This document shows, piece by piece, positions 1-15,882 of a stretch of DNA of 64,000 nt; positions within the stretch are counted from its first letter, which is position 1; the number at the start of each line of letters is the position of its first letter. The notes under the pieces are model-generated. The model searched no databases, was not told the DNA's origin, and saw only the letters and a program-made list of their open reading frames with translations. Source of the stretch: Eledone cirrhosa (Eukaryota); contig OZ024766.1 of assembly GCA_964016885.1 (NCBI GenBank), forward strand, positions 12,896,001 to 12,960,000, in the 5' to 3' direction. The position numbers were made by a program, and so were the translations under genes.

Positions 1-504
1 CCGGTGTCAACTAGACGGTGAAATATTATCATTTATATCAGCTCCATTGTTACAACTTAAACCTCATCTAATTTTATCTTTTATGGTGATTATTTCATAT
101 TAAGGTGGACGTTAATGTTTGTAAATAACATAAGGTGACTTATTTACCTTATAGTTGTTGTTTTATCACCTGTATTATTAAATATTGAGGTGGTTGTTCA
201 ACACACACGTCGTCTTTTGAAATTATGGATATTAATTCTGTCACCTGAACTGTCCTCAATAACAAGAACCTTAAATTACGAAGATTTATTCGTCTGTTTT
301 ATGAGCTGAGGATGTTATTGTGAATAGAGCTTCTCTCTCCTTAACAAAAATAAAAAAATATATACACACACACATATATATGTAAGCACTTGCTTTTTAT
401 TCTTGCAAGATCAGTCTTACGCTTTCATACATCTTATTACTTTACCAACTGGATGCTACATTTCTTAAGATATGAGTGGAAGTGGTGAGATTCATTTATG
501 AAAT

Positions 505-1263
505 ATGTCTGAATATAGTTGTGAGATTTGCAGGAAAACTTTCTCTTCAAGACTGAAACTATCCTCACACGAGAAAATACACAGAGAAAAAACCTTCCAC
601 TGTGAAATATGTGGGAAATCTTTCATAAATAATTCTGCTCTTGTCGTCCACATACGGAGTCACACTGGAGAAAACCCCTTCCATTGTGAAATATGTGGGA
701 AATCATTTTCTCAGAGTTCTCAACTTGAACCTCACAAAAGAACACACACTGGTGAAAAACCCTTCCATTGTGAAATATGTGGGAAATCATTTTCTCATAG
801 TTCTCAACTTGAACCTCACAAAAGAACACACACTGGCGAAAAACCCTTCCATTGTGAAATATGTGGGAAATCTTTCACCCAGAAGTACAATCTTGTACAA
901 CACAAAAGAAAGCACACAGGAGAAAAACCTTATTCATGTGAAATATGTGGGAAATCTTTTTCTGATAGTTCTAATCTTGTAAAACACACAAGAATACATA
1001 CTGGTGAAAAACTTTATTCATGTGAAATATGTGGGAAATCTTTTTCTGATAGTTCTCATCTTGTAAAACACAAAAGAATACATACTGGTGAAAAACCCTT
1101 CCATTGTGAAATATGTGGTAAATCTTTTTCTCGGAGTTCTCATCTTGTACGTCACAAAAGAATACATACTGGTGAAAAACCTTATTCGTGTGAACTATGC
1201 GGGAAATCTTTCACTGTGAATTCGTCACTGGTTGTTCACCTACGTAGTCAACATTTGCGGTAA
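505..1263 (+). CDS. Tandem C2H2 (Kruppel-type) zinc-finger protein, 9 fingers, single coding exon as seen
   Basis: 252-aa ORF of repeated CEICGKSF-x5-L-x2-H-x3-H fingers with TGEKP linkers; last finger ends HLRSQH; no KRAB/SCAN domain visible; upstream exons cannot be excluded. Confidence 0.9.
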   Translation: MSEYSCEICRKTFSSRLKLSSHEKIHREKTFHCEICGKSFINNSALVVHIRSHTGENPFHCEICGKSFSQSSQLEPHKRTHTGEKPFHCEICGKSFSHSSQLEPHKRTHTGEKPFHCEICGKSFTQKYNLVQHKRKHTGEKPYSCEICGKSFSDSSNLVKHTRIHTGEKLYSCEICGKSFSDSSHLVKHKRIHTGEKPFHCEICGKSFSRSSHLVRHKRIHTGEKPYSCELCGKSFTVNSSLVVHLRSQHLR

Positions 1264-1804
1264 ACCCCATCACTGTGAAATATGAAAAACACAAATATTC
1301 AGACACAATTTGGAAGGCAGAATATAAAATGTGAAGCTTGAGAAATCTTATACATCTCAACATATATTTGTGTGTGTGTGTATATATATATATATATTTT
1401 ATTATTTTTATTTTTTAATACATTACTCAAAGGGCAGAAATATACTGACATATATCAAAGATTACCACAATAACTAGGGAGCGGAGGACAAGATAAGCTG
1501 GACATTGCTACTGAGGGTAGGATGAGCTGGCTATTGTGGTGGATACCTAAACATTGTAAGACCCTAGTGCGATGACTGAGATTGACCTACATAGATCAGA
1601 TGTCTCAGGATGTCCAGCTGGAGATTAATGATGTCAGGAATACCATGGGAGATTGTGACATCTAAAAAAGAAGAGTAGAATTGTTATGGCCAATCCAGCT
1701 GACCTAATAAATCTAAACTATAATAAAGTAAGGAGCACGGGACTGTGTACGGTTTATAATGTTTTATCCCACTAGTAAAATAAGTTGCATTACTTTGAAT
1801 AAAT

Positions 1805-1925
1805 AATTGTTTCTACATTACTGGTACTTTATTTTATCGGCCCCGTAAGGATGAAAGGCAAAGTTAACCTCGGTGGGATTTGAACTCAGAATAGCAAGGG
1901 CCATACCTCAATGCATCAAAGCATG
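1805..1925 (-). mobile_element. tRNA-derived SINE fragment (same family as 25742-25925)
   Basis: Reverse complement of GAGTTCAAATCC (B-box) followed by the TTTGCCTTTCATCCTTACGGGG...ATAAAATAAAGTACCAG core. Confidence 0.75.
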
Positions 1926-2449
1926 AATGAATAATAAATGAATATTACATAATTTATCTACTAAATTTCGTGGCTGTTGATTAAATATATTTTGTTTAAA
2001 GATTCATCTCTTTAAAATTTCTGAAATGTCAACACTTCCGGTTAGCCATCGCTTAAATAAACATTCATATATTACCGTCACTAATTTTCTCCTAATGCAG
2101 TTTATATATAATATTGTCTTTTTTAATGTATCATGGATTACGTTACTGGTTAAATAAGAGAGTGTAACACAGTCTTTGTACATTTTCTATGTATTATATA
2201 TTGTCAATTATGATTTTATTTGAAGTATCATGTCTACATGTATATATATACCTGCGTATAATATCAATATACACACTACACATGCTAGCAGAAAATAATA
2301 ATAATATTAATATATATTGAAGAACATTTATTATGGTGAAATATGTTGGAAATCATTCGCAGAGGTTTTGTATTGTAATTAACAAATACACCCTGTATTA
2401 TTTGTCATTAAGGGCTCTTACAGAGACACAATCTCATTTCATTGTTGAA

Positions 2450-2820
2450 GGTGATGGATTTGCAGAATCAGTAGAGTGTCATACGATATGCTTTGTGTCA
2501 TAAAGTTACAACCCTTTATGTTCTGGGTTTAAATCATGCCATGGTCTACTTTGACTTTCATCCATTCAAGGTTGATAAAAAACAATACCAGTAATGCACT
2601 GGGCCTGATTTAATTGGCATTCCCCTTTCTCTTCAAATTGCTGGCCTTGAGTCAAATGTAGAAACATTTATTTAAAGTCTATAAAACAATAGATAGAATG
2701 TTTTCTGCCATATTTATCCTGGTTCTCTGCTCTCTGGGTTTAAATCCTGCTGAGGTCAACTTTCTTTCGTCCATTCAAGGTTGATAAAAACAATACCAGT
2801 CTACCACTGGGGTCTGTTCT
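2450..2820 (+). mobile_element. One diverged near-full SINE plus a partial second copy
   Basis: Degenerate tRNA-like head, CTTTCATCCATTCAAGGTTGATAAAA...TACCAG core twice, TGGCCTTGAG...GTAGAAAC tail. Confidence 0.6.
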
Positions 2821-3649
2821 TCCTCTCTATATTTCTATCTCACTTCCTCCCTCTTATTCTCTCTTCTATGTCCACAGTGTCACCCTTATGACTACATTTA
2901 AAAAAAACAAAAACATTGATGTATTTATATGTGTTTATTTTGTAAACCTTAACTGGTTTATATTTGACAAAATATCCACATGTGTAAATAAAAACAATTG
3001 CATAACTTTGATATTTGTTGGATGGTACTTTAATGACAGTTGAAATTTTGACTTTTTAAAAAAATAATTCACATTTGAAAATACTTTACAACTTTCTTCT
3101 CTTTTTCTTCAGCCATTTATTTCTGAGAGGGTTGTAGGGGGTAGAGTCCTCACACACCCCTTCTAGGTCCTATGTGTGTAAAATTTCCTCTTTACACTAC
3201 ACATCACCCTGCACACACACACCACAATATACATATCATGCCTCACCACAACACCCCACATACCACACCACACCAAACCACACTACACCACATATCACAT
3301 CACACCACATACCACACCACAACACACCACATACCATACCGCAACACATACAAACCAGGTAGTTATACCAACCCAGGATCTTGATTTTAGTGATTTTTTT
3401 GTAACAAATCTCAACATCTTCGTTCTTACTTACCAAGTGGAGTGGAACTCATCAGATTGGACCAAGGAAACAATGTTTCCATTGGTCTTTCCAATTGATG
3501 ATATTGAATCGGATTAGAAAGAGAGAAAAAAAAATAGAGAATATATTTATTTAAAAGCCATTGACCTGCATTTTCCGTCAAGAAGGCCATTGGAGCATCA
3601 CTCACAGAAGCTGATAGAGCAGCCAGCTTGACAGCCGATATAGGTAGCA

Positions 3650-6600
3650 CCAACAATTATCACTACCATTAATAAGAGGAAGGCAGCTACAGCAGCGGTG
3701 ACATTAACAACAACAACATATGTGTATACACCAACATCTTACCAACAAACACTACCATTAACAAGAGGAAGGCAACAACAGCAGCAGTGACATGAACAAC
3801 AACAACATATGTGTATACACCAACATCTTACCAACAAACACTACCATTAACAAGAGGAAGGCAGCTACAGCAGCGGTGACATTAACAACAACAACAACAT
3901 ATGTGTATACACCAACATCTTACCAACAAACACTACCATTAACAAGAGGAAGGCAGCTACAGCAGCAGTGACATTACCAACAACAACATATGTGTATACA
4001 CCAACATCTTACCAACAAACACTACCATTAACAAGAGGAAGGCAGCTACAGCAGCAGTGACATTACCAACAACAACATATGTGTATACACCAACATCTTA
4101 CCAACAAACACTACCATTAACAAGAGGAAGGCAGCTACAGCAGCAGTGACATTACCAACAACAACATATGTGTATACACCAACATCTTACCAACAAACAC
4201 TACCATTAACAAGAGGAAGGCAACAACAGCAGCAGTGACATGAACAACAACAACATATGTGTATACACCAACATCTTACCAACAAACACTACCATTAACA
4301 AGAGGAAGGCAGCTACAGCAGCAGTGACATTACCAACAACAACATATGTGTATACACCAACATCTTACCAACAAACACTACCATTAACAAGAGGAAGCCA
4401 ACCCAGCAGCAATGACATTAACAACAACATATATGTGTATACACCAACATCTTACCAACAAACACTACCATTAACAAGATGAAGGCAGCTACAGCAGCGG
4501 TGACATTAACAACAACAACAACAACAAATGTGTATACACCAACATCTTACCAACAAACACTACCATTAACAAGAGGAAGGCAGCTACAGCAGCAATGACA
4601 TTAACAACAACAACAACATATGTGTATACACCAACATCTTACCAACAAACACTACCATTAACAAGAGGAAGGCAGCTACAGCAGCAATGACATTAACAAC
4701 AACAACAACAAATGTGTATACACCAACATCTTACCAACAAACACTACCATTAACAAGAGGAAGGCAGCTACAGCAGCGGTGACATTAACAACAACAACAT
4801 ATATATGTGTATACACCAACATCTTACCAACAAACACTACCATTAACAAGAGGAAGGCAGCTACAGCAGCGGTGACATTAAGAACAACAACATGTGTATA
4901 CACCAACATCTTACCAACAAACACTACCATTAACAAGAGGAAGGCAGCTACAGCAGCGGTGACATTAAGAACAACAACATATGTGTATACACCAACATCT
5001 TACCAACAAACACTACCATTAACAAGATGAAGGCAGCTACAGCAGCAGTGACATTAACAACAACAACAACAACATATATATGTGTATACACCAACATCTT
5101 ACCAACAAACACTACCATTAACAAGAGGAAGGCAGCTACAGCAGCGGTGACATTAAGAACAACAACAACATATGTGTATACACCAACATCTTACCAACAA
5201 ACACTACCATTAACAAGAGGAAGGCAGCTACAGCAGCAGTGACATTAACAACAACAACAACATGTGTATACACTAACATCTTACCAACAAACACTACCAT
5301 TAACAAGATGAAGGCAGCTACAGCAGCAGTGACATTAACAACAACAACAACAACATATATATGTGTATACACCAACATCTTACCAACAAACACTACCATT
5401 AACAAGAGGAAGGCAGCTACAGCAGCAGTGACATTAACAACAACAACAACAACGTATATATGTGTATACACCAACATCTTACCAACAAACACTACCATTA
5501 ACAAGAGGAAGGCAGCTACAGCAGCGGTGACATTAACAACAACAACAACATATGTGTATACACCAACATCTTACCAACAAACACTACCATTAACAAGAGA
5601 AAGGCAGCTACAGCAGCAGTGACATTAACAACAACAACAACATGTGTATACACTAACATCTTACCAACAAACACTACCATTAACAAGAGGAAGGCAGCTA
5701 CAGCAGCGGTGACATTAACAACAACAACAACATGTGTATACACCAACATCTTACCAACAAACACTACCATTAACAAGAGGAAGGCAGCTACAGCAGCGGT
5801 GACATTAACAACAAGAACAACATATGTGTATACACCAACATCTTACCAACAAACACTACCATTAACAAGATGAAGGCAGCTACAGCAGCGGTGACATTAA
5901 CAACAACAACATAGATATGTATACACCAACATCTTACCAACAAACACTACCATTAACAAGAGGAAGGCAGCTATAGCAGCAGTGACATTAACAACAACAA
6001 CATATGTGTATACACCAACATCTTACCAACAAACACTACCATTAACAAGAGGAAGGCAGCTACAACAGCGGTGACATTAACAACAACAACAACATGTGTA
6101 TACACCAACATCTTACCAACAAACACTACCATTAACAAGAGGAAGGCAGCTACAGCAGCGGTGACATTAACAACAACAACAACATGTGTATACACCAACA
6201 TCTTACCAACAAACACTACCATTAACAAGAGGAAGGCAGCTACAACAGCGGTGACATTAACAACAACAACAACATGTGTATACACCAACATCTTACCAAC
6301 AAACACTACCATTAACAAGAGGAAGGCAGCTACAGCAGCGGTGACATTAACAACAACAACATATGTGTATACACCAACATCTTACCAACAAACACTACCA
6401 TTAACAAGAGGAAGGCAGCTACAGCAGCGGTGACATTAACAACAACAACAACATGTGTATACACCAACATCTTACCAACAAACACTACCATTAACAAGAG
6501 GAAGGCAGCTACAGCAGCGGTGACATTAAAAACAACAACAACATGTGTATACACCAACATCTTACCAACAAACACTACCATTAACAAGAGGAAGGCAGCT

Positions 6601-9600
6601 ACAGCAGCGGTGACATTAACAACAACAACAACATGTGTATACACCAACATCTTACCAACAAACACTACCATTAACAAGAGGAAGGCAGCTACAGCAGCAG
6701 TGACATTAACAACAACAACATATGTGTATACACCAACATCTTACCAACAAACACTACCATTAACAAGAGGAAGGCAGCTACAGCAGCGGTGACATTAACA
6801 ACAACAACATATGTGTATACACCAACATCTTACCAACAAACACTACCATTAACAAGAGGAAGGCAGCTACAGCAGCAGTGACATTAACAACAACAACATA
6901 TGTGTATACACCAACATCTTACCAACAAACACTACCATTAACAAGAGGAAGGCAGCTACAGCAGCGGTGACATTAACAACAACAACATATATGTATACAC
7001 CAACATCTTACCAACAAACACTACCATTAACAAGAGGAAGGCAGCTACAGCAGCAGTGACATTAACAACAACAACATATGTGTATACACCAACATCTTAC
7101 CAACAAACACTACCATTAACAAGAGGAAGGCAGCTACAGCAGCGGTGACATTAACAACAACAACAACATGTGTATACACCAACATCTTACCAACAAACAC
7201 TACCATTAACAAGAGGAAGGCAGCTACAGCAGCAATGACATTAACAACAACATATGTGTATACAGCAACATCTTACCAACAAACACTACCATTAACAAGA
7301 GGAAGGCAGCTACAGCAGCGGTGACATTAACAACAACAACAACATATGTGTATACAGCAACATCTTACCAACAAACACTACCATTAACAAGAGGAAGGCA
7401 GCTACAGCAGCGGTGACATTAACAACAACAACAACAACAACATATGTGTATACACCAACATCTTACCAACAAACACTACCATTAACAAGAGGACGGCAGC
7501 TACAGCAGCGGTGACATTAACAACAACAACATATGTGTATACACCAACATCTTACCAACAAACACTACCATTAACAAGAGGAAGGCAGCTACAGCAGCGG
7601 TGACATTAACAACAACATATGTGTATACACCAACATCTTACCAACAAACACTACCATTAACAAGAGGACGGCAGCTACAGCAGCGGTGACATTAACAACA
7701 ACAACATATGTGTATACACCAACATCTTACCAACAAACACTACCATTAACAAGAGGAAGGCAGCTACAGCAGCGGTGACATTAAGAACAACAACAACATG
7801 TGTATACACCAACATCTTACCAACAAACACTACCATTAACAAGAGGAAGGCAGCTACAGCAGCGGTGACATTAACAACAACAACAACATGTGTATATACA
7901 CCAACATCTTACCAACAAACACTACCATTAACAAGAGGAAGGCAGCTACAGCAGCGGTGACATTAACAACAACAACAACATGTGTATACACCAACATCTT
8001 ACCAACAAACACTACCATTAACAAGAGGAAGGCAGCTACAGCAGCGGTGACATTAACAACAACAACAACATGTGTATATACACCAACATCTTACCAACAA
8101 ACACTACCATTAACAAGAGGAAGGCAGCTACAGCAGCGGTGACATTAACAACAACAACAACATGTGTATACACCAACATCTTACCAACAAACACTACCAT
8201 TAACAAGAGGAAGGCAGCTACAGCAGCGGTGACATTAACAACAACAACAACATGTGTATATACACCAACATCTTACCAACAAACACTACCATTAACAAGA
8301 GGACGGCAGCTACAGCAGCGGTGACATTAACAACAACAACAACATATGTGTATACACCAACATCTTACCAACAAACACTACCATTAACAAGAGGAAGGTA
8401 GCTACAGCAGCGGTGACATTAACAACAACAACAACATATATGTGTATACACCAACATCTTACCAACAAACACTACCATTAACAAGAGGAAGGTAGCTACA
8501 GCAGCGGTGACATTAACAACAACAACAACATATGTGTATACACCAACATCTTACCAACAAACACTACCATTAACAAGAGGAAGGTAGCTACAGCAGCGGT
8601 GACATTAACAACAACAACAACATATGTGTATACACCAACATCTTACCAACAAACACTACTATTAACAAGAGGAAGGCAGCTACAGCAGCAGTGACATTAA
8701 CAACAACAACAACATATGTGTATACACCAACATCTTACCAACAAACACTACCATTAACAAGAGGAAGGCAGCTACAGCAGCGGTGACATTAACAACAACA
8801 ACATATGTGTATACACCAACATCTTACCAACAAACACTACCATTAACAAGAGGAAGGCAGCTACAGCAGCGGTGACATTAACAACAACAACAACATATGT
8901 GTATACACCAACATCTTACCAACAAACACTACCATTAACAAGAGGAAGGCAGCTACAGCAGCGGTGACATTAACAACAACAACATGTGTGTATACACCAA
9001 CATCTTACCAACAAACACTACCATTAACAAGAGGAAGGCAGCTACAGCAGCGGTGACATTAACAACAACAACATATGTGTATACACCAACATCTTACCAA
9101 CAAACACTACCATTAACAAGAGGAAGGCAGCTACAGCAGCGGTGACATTAACAACAACAACAACATATGTGTATACACCAACATCTTACCAACAAACACT
9201 ACCATTAACAAGAGGAAGGCAGCTACAGCAGCGGTGACATTAACAACAACAACAACATATATGTGTATACACCAACATCTTACCAACAAACACTACCATT
9301 AACAAGAGGAAGGCAGCTACAGCAGCGGTGACATTAACAACAACAACATATGTGTATACACCAACATCTTACCAACAAACACTACCATTAACAAGAGGAA
9401 GGCAGCTACAGCAGCAGTGACATTAACAACAACAACATATGTGTATACACCAACATCTTACCAACAAACACTACCATTAACAAGAGGAAGGCAGCTACAG
9501 CAGCAGTGACATTAACAACAACAACATATGTGTATACACCAACATCTTACCAACAAACACTACCATTAACAAGAGGAAGGCAGCTACAACAGAGGTGACA

Positions 9601-12600
9601 TTAACAACAACAACATATGTGTATACACCAACATCTTACCAACAAACACTACCATTAACAAGAGGAAGGCAGCTACAGCAGCGGTGACATTAACAACAAC
9701 AACATATATGTATACACCAACATCTTACCAACAAACACTACCATTAACAAGAGGAAGGCAGCTACAGCAGCGGTGACATTAACAACAACAACATATGTGT
9801 ATACACCAACATCTTACCAACAAACACTACCATTAACAAGAGGAAGGCAGCTACAGCAGCGGTGACATTAACAACAACAACAACATGTGTGTATACACCA
9901 ACATCTTACCAACAAACACTACCATTAACAAGAGGAATGCAGCAACAGCAGCGGTGACATTAACAACAACAACAACATATGTGTATACACCAACATCTTA
10001 CCAACAAACACTACCATTAACAAGAGGAATGCAGCTACAGCAGCGGTGAAATTAACAACAACAACAACATATGTGTATACACCAACATCTTACCAACAAA
10101 CACTACCATTAACAAGAGGAATGCAGCTACAGCAGCGGTGAAATTAACAACAACAACAACATATGTGTATACACCAACATCTTACCAACAAACACTACCA
10201 TTAACAAGAGGAAGGTAGCTACAGCAGCGGTGACATTAACAACAACAACAACATATGTGTATACACCAACATCTTACCAACAAACACTACTATTAACAAA
10301 AGGAAGGCAGCTACAGCAGCGGTGACATTAACAACAACAACAACATATGTGTATACACCAACATCTTACCAACAAACACTACCATTAACAAGAGGAAGGC
10401 AGCTACAGCAGCGGTGACATTAACAACAACAACATATGTGTATACACCAACATCTTACCAACAAACACTACCATTAACAAGAGGAAGGCAACAACAGCAG
10501 CAGTGACATTAACAACAACAACATATGTGTATACACCAACATCTTACCAACAAACACTACCATTAACAAGAGGAAGGCAGCTACAGCAGTGATGACATTA
10601 ACAACAACAACATATGTGTATACACCAACATCTTACCAACAAACACTACCATTAACAAGAGGAATGCAGCAACAGCAGCGGTGAAATTAACAACAACAAC
10701 AACATATGTGTATACACCAACATCTTACCAACAAACACTACCATTAACAAGAGGAAGGCAGCTACAGCAGCGGTGACATTAAGAACAACAACAACATATG
10801 TGTATACACCAACATCTTACCAACAAACACTACCATTAACAAGAGGAAGGCAGCTACAGCAGCGGTGACATTAACAACAACAACAACATATGTGTATACA
10901 CCAACATCTTACCAACAAACACTACCATTAACAAGAGGAAGGCAGCTACAGCAGCGGTGACATTAACAACAACAACAACATATATATGTGTATACACCAA
11001 CATCTTACCAACAAACACTACCATTAACAAGAGGAAGGCAGCTACAGCAGCGGTGACATTAACAACAACAACATATGTGTATACACCAACATCTTACCAA
11101 CAAACACTACCATTAACAAGAGGAAGGCAGCTACAGCAGCGGTGACATTAACAACAACAACAACATATATATGTGTATACACCAACATCTTACCAACAAA
11201 CACTACCATTAACAAGAGGAAGGCAGCTACAGCAGCGGTGACATTAACAACAACAACATGTGTGTATACACCAACATCTTACCAACAAACACTACCATTA
11301 ACAAGAGGAAGGCAGCTACAGCAGCGGTGACATTAACAACAACAACAACAACATATGTGTATACACCAACATCTTACCAACAAACACTACCATTAACAAG
11401 AGGAAGGCAGCTACAGCAGCAGTGACATTACCAACAACATATGTGTATACACCAACATCTTACCAACAAACACTACCATTAACAAGAGGAAGGCAGCTAC
11501 AGCAGCGGTGACATTAACAACAACAACATATGTGTATACACCAACATCTTACCAACAAACACTACCATTAACAAGAGGAAGGCAGCTACAGCAGCAGTGA
11601 CATTACCAACAACATATGTGTATACACCAACATCTTACCAACAAACACTACCATTAACAAGAGGAAGGCAGCTACAGCAGCGGTGACATTAACAACAACA
11701 ACATATGTGTATACACCAACATCTTACCAACAAACACTACCATTAACAAGAGGAAGGCAACAACAGCAGCAGTGACATGAACAACAACAACATATGTGTA
11801 TACACCAACATCTTACCAACAAACACTACCATTGACAAGAGGAAGGCAGCTACAGCAGTGGTGACATTAACAACAACAACATATGTGTATACACCAACAT
11901 CTTACCAACAAACACTACCATTAACAAGAGGAAGGCAGCTACAGCAGCGGTGACATTAACAACAACAACATATGTGTATACACCAACATCTTACCAACAA
12001 ACACTACCATTAACAAGAGGAAGGCAGCTACAGCAGCAGTGACATTACCAACAACAACATATGTGTATACACCAACATCTTACCAACAAACACTACCATT
12101 AACAAGAGGAAGGCAGCTACAGCAGCGGTGACATTAACAACAACAACATATGTGTATACACCAACATCTTACCAACAAACACTACCATTAACAAGAGGAA
12201 GGCAGCTACAGCAGCAGTGACATTACCAACAACAACATATGTGTATACACCAACATCTTACCAACAAACACTACCATTAACAAGAGGAAGGCAGCTACAG
12301 CAGCGGTGACATTAACAACAACAACATATATGTGTATACACCAACATCTTACCAACAAACACTACCATTAACAAGAGGAAGGCAGCTACAGCAGCAGTGA
12401 CATTAACAACAACAACAACAACATATATATGTGTATACACCAACATCTTACCAACAAACACTACCATTAACAAGATGAAGGCAGCTACAGCAGCGGTGAC
12501 ATTAACAACAACAACATATGTGTATACACCAACATCTTACCAACAAACACTACCATTAACAAGAGGAAGGCAGCTACAGCAGCGGTGACATTAACAACAA

Positions 12601-15600
12601 CAACAACATATGTGTATACACCAACATCTTACCAACAAACACTACCATTAACAAGAGGAAGGCAGCTACAGCAGCGGTGACATTAACAACAACAACAACA
12701 TATGTGTATACACCAACATCTTACCAACAAACACTACCATTAACAAGAGGAAGGCAGCTACAGCAGCGGTGACATTAACAACAACAACATATGTGTATAC
12801 ACCAACATCTTACCAACAAACACTACCATTAACAAGAGGAAGGCAGCTACAGCAGCAATGACATTAACAACAACAACATATGTGTATACACCAACATCTT
12901 ACCAACAAACACTACCATTAACAAGAGGAAGGCAGCTACAGCAGCAATGACATTAACAACAACAACATATGTGTATACACCAACATCTTACCGACAAACA
13001 CTACCATTAACAAGAGGAAGGCAGCTACAGCAGCAGTGACATTAACAACAACAACAACAACATATATATGTGTATACACCAACATCTTACCAACAAACAC
13101 TACCATTAACAAGAGGAAGGCAGCTACAGCAGCGGTGACATTAACAACAACAACAACATATGTGTATACACCAACATCTTACCAACAAACACTACCATTA
13201 ACAAGAGGAAGGCAGCTACAGCAGCGGTGACATTAACAACAACAACAACATATGTGTATACACCAACATCTTACCAACAAACACTACCATTAACAAGAGG
13301 AAGGCAGCTACAGCAGCGGTGACATTAACAACAACAACAACATATATATGTGTATACACCAACATCTTACCAACAAACACTACCATTAACAAGAGGAAGG
13401 CAGCTACAGCAGCGGTGACATTAACAACAACAACATATGTGTATACACCAACATCTTACCAACAAACACTACCATTAACAAGAGGAAGGCAGCTACAGCA
13501 GCAATGACATTAACAACAACAACATATGTGTATACACCAACATCTTACCAACAAACACTACCATTAACAAGAGGAAGGCAGCTACAGCAGCAATGACATT
13601 AACAACAACAACATATGTGTATACACCAACATCTTACCGACAAACACTACCATTAACAAGAGGAAGGCAGCTACAGCAGCAGTGACATTAACAACAACAA
13701 CAACAACATATATATGTGTATACACCAACATCTTACCAACAAACACTACCATTAACAAGAGGAGGGCAGCTACAGCAGCGGTGACATTAACAACAACAAC
13801 ATATGTGTATACACCAACATCTTACCAACAAACACTACCATTAACAAGAGGAAGGCAGCTACAGCAGCGGTGACATTAACAACAACATATGTGTATACAC
13901 CAACATCTTACCAACAAACACTACCATTAACAAGAGGAAGGCAGCTACAGCAGCAATGACATTAACAACAACATATGTGTATACACCAACATCTTACCAA
14001 CAAACACTACCATTAACAAGAGGAAGGCAGCTACAGCAGCAATGACATTAACAACAACAACATATGTGTATACACCAACATCTTACCAACAAACACTACC
14101 ATTAACAAGAGGAAGGCAGCTACAGCAGCAATGACATTAACAACAACAACATATGTGTATACACCAACATCTTACCAACAAACACTACCATTAACAAGAG
14201 GAAGGCAGCTACAGCAGCGGTGACATTAACAACAACATATGTGTATACACCAACATCTTACCAACAAACACTACCATTAACAAGAGGAAGGCAGCTACAG
14301 CAGCAATGACATTAACAACAACAACATATGTGTATACACCAACATCTTACCAACAAACACTACCATTAACAAGAGGAAGGCAGCTACAGCAGCGGTGACA
14401 TTAACAACAACAACATATGTGTATACACCAACATCTTACCAACAAACACTACCATTAACAAGAGGAAGGCAGCTACAGCAGCGGTGACATTAACAACAAC
14501 AACATATGTGTATACACCAACATCTTACCAACAAACACTACCATTAACAAGAGGAAGGCAGCTACAGCAGCGGTGACATTAACAACAACATATGTGTATA
14601 CACCAACATCTTACCAACAAACACTACCATTAACAAGAGGAAGGCAGCTACAGCAGCGGTGACATTAACAACAACAACATATGTGTATACACCAACATCT
14701 TACCAACAAACACTACCATTAACAAGAGGAAGGCAGCTACAGCAGCAGTGACATTAACAACAACAACAACAACAACATATATATGTGTATACACCAACAT
14801 CTTACCAACAAACACTACCATTAACAAGAGGAAGGCAGCTACAGCAGCGGTGACATTAACAACAACAACATATGTGTATACACCAACATCTTACCAACAA
14901 ACACTACCATTAACAAGAGGAAGGCAGCTACAGCAGCGGTGACATTAACAACAACAACAACATATATATGTGTATACACCAACATCTTACCAACAAACAC
15001 TACCATTAACAAGAGGAAGGTAGCTACAGCAGCGGTGACATTAACAACAACAACAACATATATATGTGTATACACCAACATCTTACCAACAAACACTACC
15101 ATTAACAAGAGGAAGGTAGCTACAGCAGCGGTGACATTAACAACAACAACAACATATATATGTGTATACACCAACATCTTACCAACAAACACTACCATTA
15201 ACCAGAGGAAGGCAGCTACAGCAGCGGTGACATTAACAACAACAACATATGTGTATACACCAACATCTTACCAACAAACACTACCATTAACAAGAGGAAG
15301 GCAGCTACAGCAGCGGTGACATTAACAACAACAACAACATATGTGTATACACCAACATCTTACCAACAAACACTACCATTAACAAGAGGAAGGCAGCTAC
15401 AGCAGCGGTGACATTAACAACAACAACATATGTGTATACACCAACATCTTACCAACAAACACTACCATTAACAAGAGGAAGGCAGCTACAGCAGCGGTGA
15501 CATTAACAACAACAACAACATATGTGTATACACCAACATCTTACCAACAAACACTACCATTAACAAGAGGAAGGCAGCTACAGCAGCGGTGTCATTAACA

Positions 15601-15882
15601 ACAACAACAACATATGTGTATACACCAACATCTTACCAACAAACACTACCATTAACAAGAGGAAGGCAGCTACAGCAGCGGTGACATTAACAACAACATA
15701 TATATGTATACACTAACATCTTACCAACAAACACTACCATTAACAAGAGGAAGGCAGCTACAGCAGCGGTGACATTAACAACAACAACATATGTGTATAC
15801 ACCAACATCTTACCAACAAACACTACCATTAACAAGAGGAAGCCAACTCCATCATCAGTGACAATAACAACAACACATATGT
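3650..15882. repeat. ~89-bp tandem minisatellite, roughly 135 units, with an internal variable (AAC)n tract
   Basis: Unit ACATT(AAC)nATATGTGTATACACCAACATCTTACCAACAAACACTACCATTAACAAGAGGAAGGCAGCTACAGCAGCGGTG repeated head-to-tail; degenerate units at both ends; unit count estimated from length. Confidence 0.97.

Noticed and set aside
1-35. Possible 3' half of a hammerhead (…GACGGTGAAATATTATC)
   Set aside because: Cut by the window edge; CUGANGA and stem I cannot be seen
3650-15882. CRISPR-like array, or Thr-rich/hydrophobic ORFs in the 89-bp repeat
   Set aside because: No unique spacers and a eukaryotic context; most units are not multiples of 3, so frames shift and stop repeatedly; no hammerhead core on either strand
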